57,869 nt of DNA. Source: an uncultured Gammaproteobacteria bacterium. Lineage in GTDB: Bacteria; Patescibacteriota; Microgenomatia; UBA1406; GWC2-37-13. Where the stretch lies: positions 1 through 57,869 of the forward strand of contig CAYMVU010000001.1 of the NCBI GenBank assembly GCA_964394215.1, written 5' to 3'. The notes beneath the pieces are model-generated. The model saw nothing but the letters and a program-made list of their open reading frames with translations. It was not told where the DNA came from and did no database searches. The position numbers and the translations under genes are program-made. This document shows positions 55,409 to 57,869 of this stretch, in pieces; positions within the stretch are counted from its first letter, which is position 1, and every line of letters begins with the position of its first letter.

Positions 55409-56803
55409 TTAGGAGAGCTGGAAAGGAATTTCTTTTTGAGTTGTGACGATTTGAATATTGAATCGGTTCTTTGCGGCAAACAGATAGCGAACGAGTATTT
55501 TGTATACGTCGTAATCAAAGTATCTCTCATCTCCGTCTGTGACGAGGCACCATTTATCAATAATAAAGTCATCAGACAAATGCTCAACACTGTCGTCTTC
55601 ATGAATTCTGATCGGTCCGGGGAACGGCCATTCTTTGATGGTCCGATCTCCGAAGGCTTCGATAAATCTGATATTGTATGCAATCGGTTTTTCTTTGCCG
55701 AGACATGCTCCTTTGCAACGTTCCAGTTTGTGACCGAAGCAGGCGTTTTTTGTTTTTTCAAGTCCCAGAAGTTTTCCGCAAAGCTGATGTTCAACTGCTT
55801 TTGCCTCGACGAATTCTTTTGCCTGTTTTTTACTTCGGAAAATTCCTAAAATCTGCGGAATAAGATCGGTCGTTATTCGTGAAGTTCTGCCGAAAGAAAC
55901 AGTTTGATATCCTTCTTCTGTCTCTTCTTTTTTCAGAATAGTCACGATATTTTGACGTCTCAGTTGCCGGTTGAACACGGGATTCATCTTTTTAATGAGT
56001 TCTGCTTCTTTCAACAGCGCTCCGAGCTCTCCTGCCGTCGGTATTGTCTCGATATGTTTAATCTGCTGTGAGATATTCATTTCTTTCGATGAACTATGAT
56101 CAGCGGAAAAGTGAGAAAGAACACGTTTTCTGACATTTTTACTTTTTCCGATATACAGAGGGAGTTCTTCATCTCCATAGAAAATATAAACTCCCGGTCC
56201 GTCATGAAGTTCTTCAACTTCTTTTATCGGAAGTTTGGAAGGAATGGACGGTTTTTGAATGAGAAATTGAAGTGTCTCATGAAGTTTGCTTTCCGGATAC
56301 AGCATCTGGACAGTCTGATAAAACTTCCACAACACCTCGGCATCATCAAACGCCCGGTGTCTGTGTTTGATCGAGAAGCCGAAGCGCTGCACAATCGCAT
56401 CAAGATTGTGATGACGGTGTTCCGGGAAGAGGGTTCGTGAAAGTTTGACTGTGCAGAGCTGTTTGAGAGACAGATCAAGATCATATCGTCTGAATTCATT
56501 TTTCAAAAATCCATGATCAAAACGGACGTTATGAGCGACAAAGATACTGTCCTGTAACAGTTCATAAATATCATCTTTTACCAGGTCAAATGTCGGTGCG
56601 TCTTCAAGCTCGTCCGGATAAATGCCGGTCATCTGCGATATGAATGGCGAAACATGTGTTTGCGGATTGATAAGTTGGTTGTAAGTCCGGACCAGTTTCC
56701 CGTCCTCAACGCGAAGTATCCCGATCTCAATAACTCGGTCATGTCTCATTCGGGTGCCGGTTGTCTCAATATCAACAAAAGAAAAAGTCATAGATAGTGC
56801 CAT
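55409..56803 (-). CDS. DEDDh 3'-5' exonuclease (DnaQ-like) fused to a GIY-YIG (UvrC/Cho-like) nuclease domain
   Basis: FVDIETTG, HNVRFDHGFL and HRAFDDA exonuclease motifs, then GVYIFYGDEELPLYIGKSKNVRKRVLSHF. Confidence 0.85.
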   Translation of the reverse strand: MALSMTFSFVDIETTGTRMRHDRVIEIGILRVEDGKLVRTYNQLINPQTHVSPFISQMTGIYPDELEDAPTFDLVKDDIYELLQDSIFVAHNVRFDHGFLKNEFRRYDLDLSLKQLCTVKLSRTLFPEHRHHNLDAIVQRFGFSIKHRHRAFDDAEVLWKFYQTVQMLYPESKLHETLQFLIQKPSIPSKLPIKEVEELHDGPGVYIFYGDEELPLYIGKSKNVRKRVLSHFSADHSSSKEMNISQQIKHIETIPTAGELGALLKEAELIKKMNPVFNRQLRRQNIVTILKKEETEEGYQTVSFGRTSRITTDLIPQILGIFRSKKQAKEFVEAKAVEHQLCGKLLGLEKTKNACFGHKLERCKGACLGKEKPIAYNIRFIEAFGDRTIKEWPFPGPIRIHEDDSVEHLSDDFIIDKWCLVTDGDERYFDYDVYKILVRYLFAAKNRFNIQIVTTQKEIPFQLS

Positions 56804-56947
56804 TAACAGACGGTTGTAGAGTTAAAAAATATCGAAAGGGTACGTGATAGATGAAGAATGGTGTTTTTAAGAAACGGTCTTTCAAACCTTTTAACTGTAC
56901 AACATTATGATCACATTCTAGCAGAAAGATCAAAATAATAAAAGATA

Positions 56948-57001
56948 TTGACAATAATCTTACGAGTATGTATGATATTTTAATCCCCCTGTACGGGATT
57001 A
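56948..57001 (+). promoter_or_regulatory. promoter plus inverted-repeat operator of the csoR-like operon
   Basis: TTGACA (56948-56953), 17 nt, TATGAT (56971-56976), then TAATCCC-N7-GGGATTA (56981-57001), a G/C-cored palindrome as is typical of CsoR operators. Confidence 0.55.
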
Positions 57002-57019
57002 TAAATCTCATTTACATAT

Positions 57020-57286
57020 ATGGTAAAAATACAAGATAACAAACATAGAATTCTTCACCGTCTGAAAATTGTCCGCGGACATTTGGAAAAGATTATTGAG
57101 ATGGTTGAGAAAGATATGTACTGCATTGAAGTGTTACATCAGTCTCTGGCTGTTCAAAAAGCATTGAAATCAATAGATTCGACAATTATGGAAGAGCACC
57201 TCGGAACGTGTGCGATTGATCAGGTGAAAAAAGGTCATAAAGATCAATTTGTGAAGGAACTTGTTGAAATTTACAAATATAAATAA
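57020..57286 (+). CDS. csoR: CsoR/RcnR-family metal-sensing transcriptional repressor
   Basis: 88 aa. RLKIVRGHLEKIIEMVE...CIEVLHQSLAVQKAL...C pattern. Confidence 0.8.
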   Translation: MVKIQDNKHRILHRLKIVRGHLEKIIEMVEKDMYCIEVLHQSLAVQKALKSIDSTIMEEHLGTCAIDQVKKGHKDQFVKELVEIYKYK

Positions 57287-57289
57287 CTC

Positions 57290-57869
57290 ATGAAAAAAAC
57301 GGCAAACTGTACTTATTTTGTTTCAGGAATGCATTGCGGAGCTTGTGAGGTACTGCTTCAAAAAAAGATCTCAAAGATAAAAGGTGTATCGGATGTAAAA
57401 GCTTCATTGCAGGACACATCTGTCGTGATCACGTACCATAAAGGTCACAAGCCGCAGATTTCTGAACTAAACACTCAGTTTGAAGAGCTCGGATATACAT
57501 TTTCAAAGCAGGAAACGACACCCGTTCAGACGCAAGGTACATGGGCACAGGCATTGGTATTTATTGTTCTTTTTGGAATTTTGTATATCATTATCGAGGA
57601 TACAAAGATTTTTGCCCGCTTCACACTGGACGAGAGCTCTTCTCTCCCCGCCTTCTTCGGATTGGGTGTTATTGCCAGCTTATCAAGCTGTGCTGCTCTT
57701 GTCGGCGGTGTACTTCTTGCGATGTCGAAACAATGGAACGAACTTTACGGCGGGATAGATGAAGAAAAGCGAATAACTCCCTTTGTCCTTTTCAATGTCG
57801 GACGGCTCATATCTTTTGCATTGCTGGGCGGACTGCTTGGTGTTGTCGGAGCCTTTTTTCAGCTTTCCT
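57290..57869 (+). CDS. heavy-metal-associated (HMA) domain fused to a polytopic membrane protein (CcdA/DsbD- or TauE-like), 3' end outside the window
   Basis: This frame is not in the supplied track but is open from ATG 57290 to the window end. Translation begins MKKTANCTYFVSGMHCGACEVLL (GMxCxxC), followed by TM segments. Confidence 0.7.
   Translation, partial: MKKTANCTYFVSGMHCGACEVLLQKKISKIKGVSDVKASLQDTSVVITYHKGHKPQISELNTQFEELGYTFSKQETTPVQTQGTWAQALVFIVLFGILYIIIEDTKIFARFTLDESSSLPAFFGLGVIASLSSCAALVGGVLLAMSKQWNELYGGIDEEKRITPFVLFNVGRLISFALLGGLLGVVGAFFQLS

Noticed and set aside
55289-55849. ORFs 55289-55849 (+) and 55372-55794 (-) near the 3' end of the exonuclease/GIY-YIG gene.
   Set aside because: They overlap the strongly supported 464-aa gene or its immediate flank and show no motifs. 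They are shadow ORFs.
1-57869. Searched for CRISPR arrays, integrases, transposases, reverse transcriptases (DGR or retron) and known defence genes.
   Set aside because: I saw no regularly spaced direct repeats of 24-40 nt. No ORF carries integrase (R..H..R..Y), DDE or YxDD motifs. The only repeat families are the 4 x heptad array and the TGTCAT hairpins reported above.

Overview
Gene-dense bacterial fragment with low GC. My counts on sampled 60-nt lines give about 37-43% G+C. It carries about 60 protein genes on both strands, one truncated and one complete tRNA gene, and an unusual split tRNA-like sequence. I found no rRNA, CRISPR array, integrase or transposase. The gene content includes PolX, a stand-alone TrpB2, two GT-C membrane glycosyltransferases, many small hypothetical genes, scattered pyrimidine genes and several near-leaderless promoters. 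This content suggests a small-genome uncultivated lineage (CPR/Patescibacteria-like), but that is inference only. All functional calls rest on motifs read by eye from the ORF translations; no database search was possible.

Observations that most deserve a second look:
1. A complete tRNA-Leu(CAA) gene is nested between the two halves of a second type-II tRNA-like gene (7132-7316).
2. Directly beside it lies a one-gene island of about 2.9 kb at roughly 58-63% G+C. It encodes a secreted protein with thrombospondin-type-3-like Ca-binding repeats and is preceded by an attenuator-like mini-ORF module.
3. A small GIY-YIG gene is tightly bracketed by inverted TGTCAT-hairpin repeats, and a cargo-less copy of the same repeat pair sits at 23.35 kb.
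4. A trpR-like gene has a perfect CTAG-type palindromic operator. It is followed by a structured leader, TrpB2, and a translationally coupled ParB/Srx-fold protein that may be a serine kinase.
5. A pyrimidine salvage/catabolism-like neighbourhood is built around a GTP-cyclohydrolase-II-like (URC1-like) gene and a divergent second OMP-decarboxylase paralogue.
6. A 1.1-kb stretch with no ORF of 60 aa or more lies between two convergent genes (50116-51212) and is rich in palindromes and hairpins.
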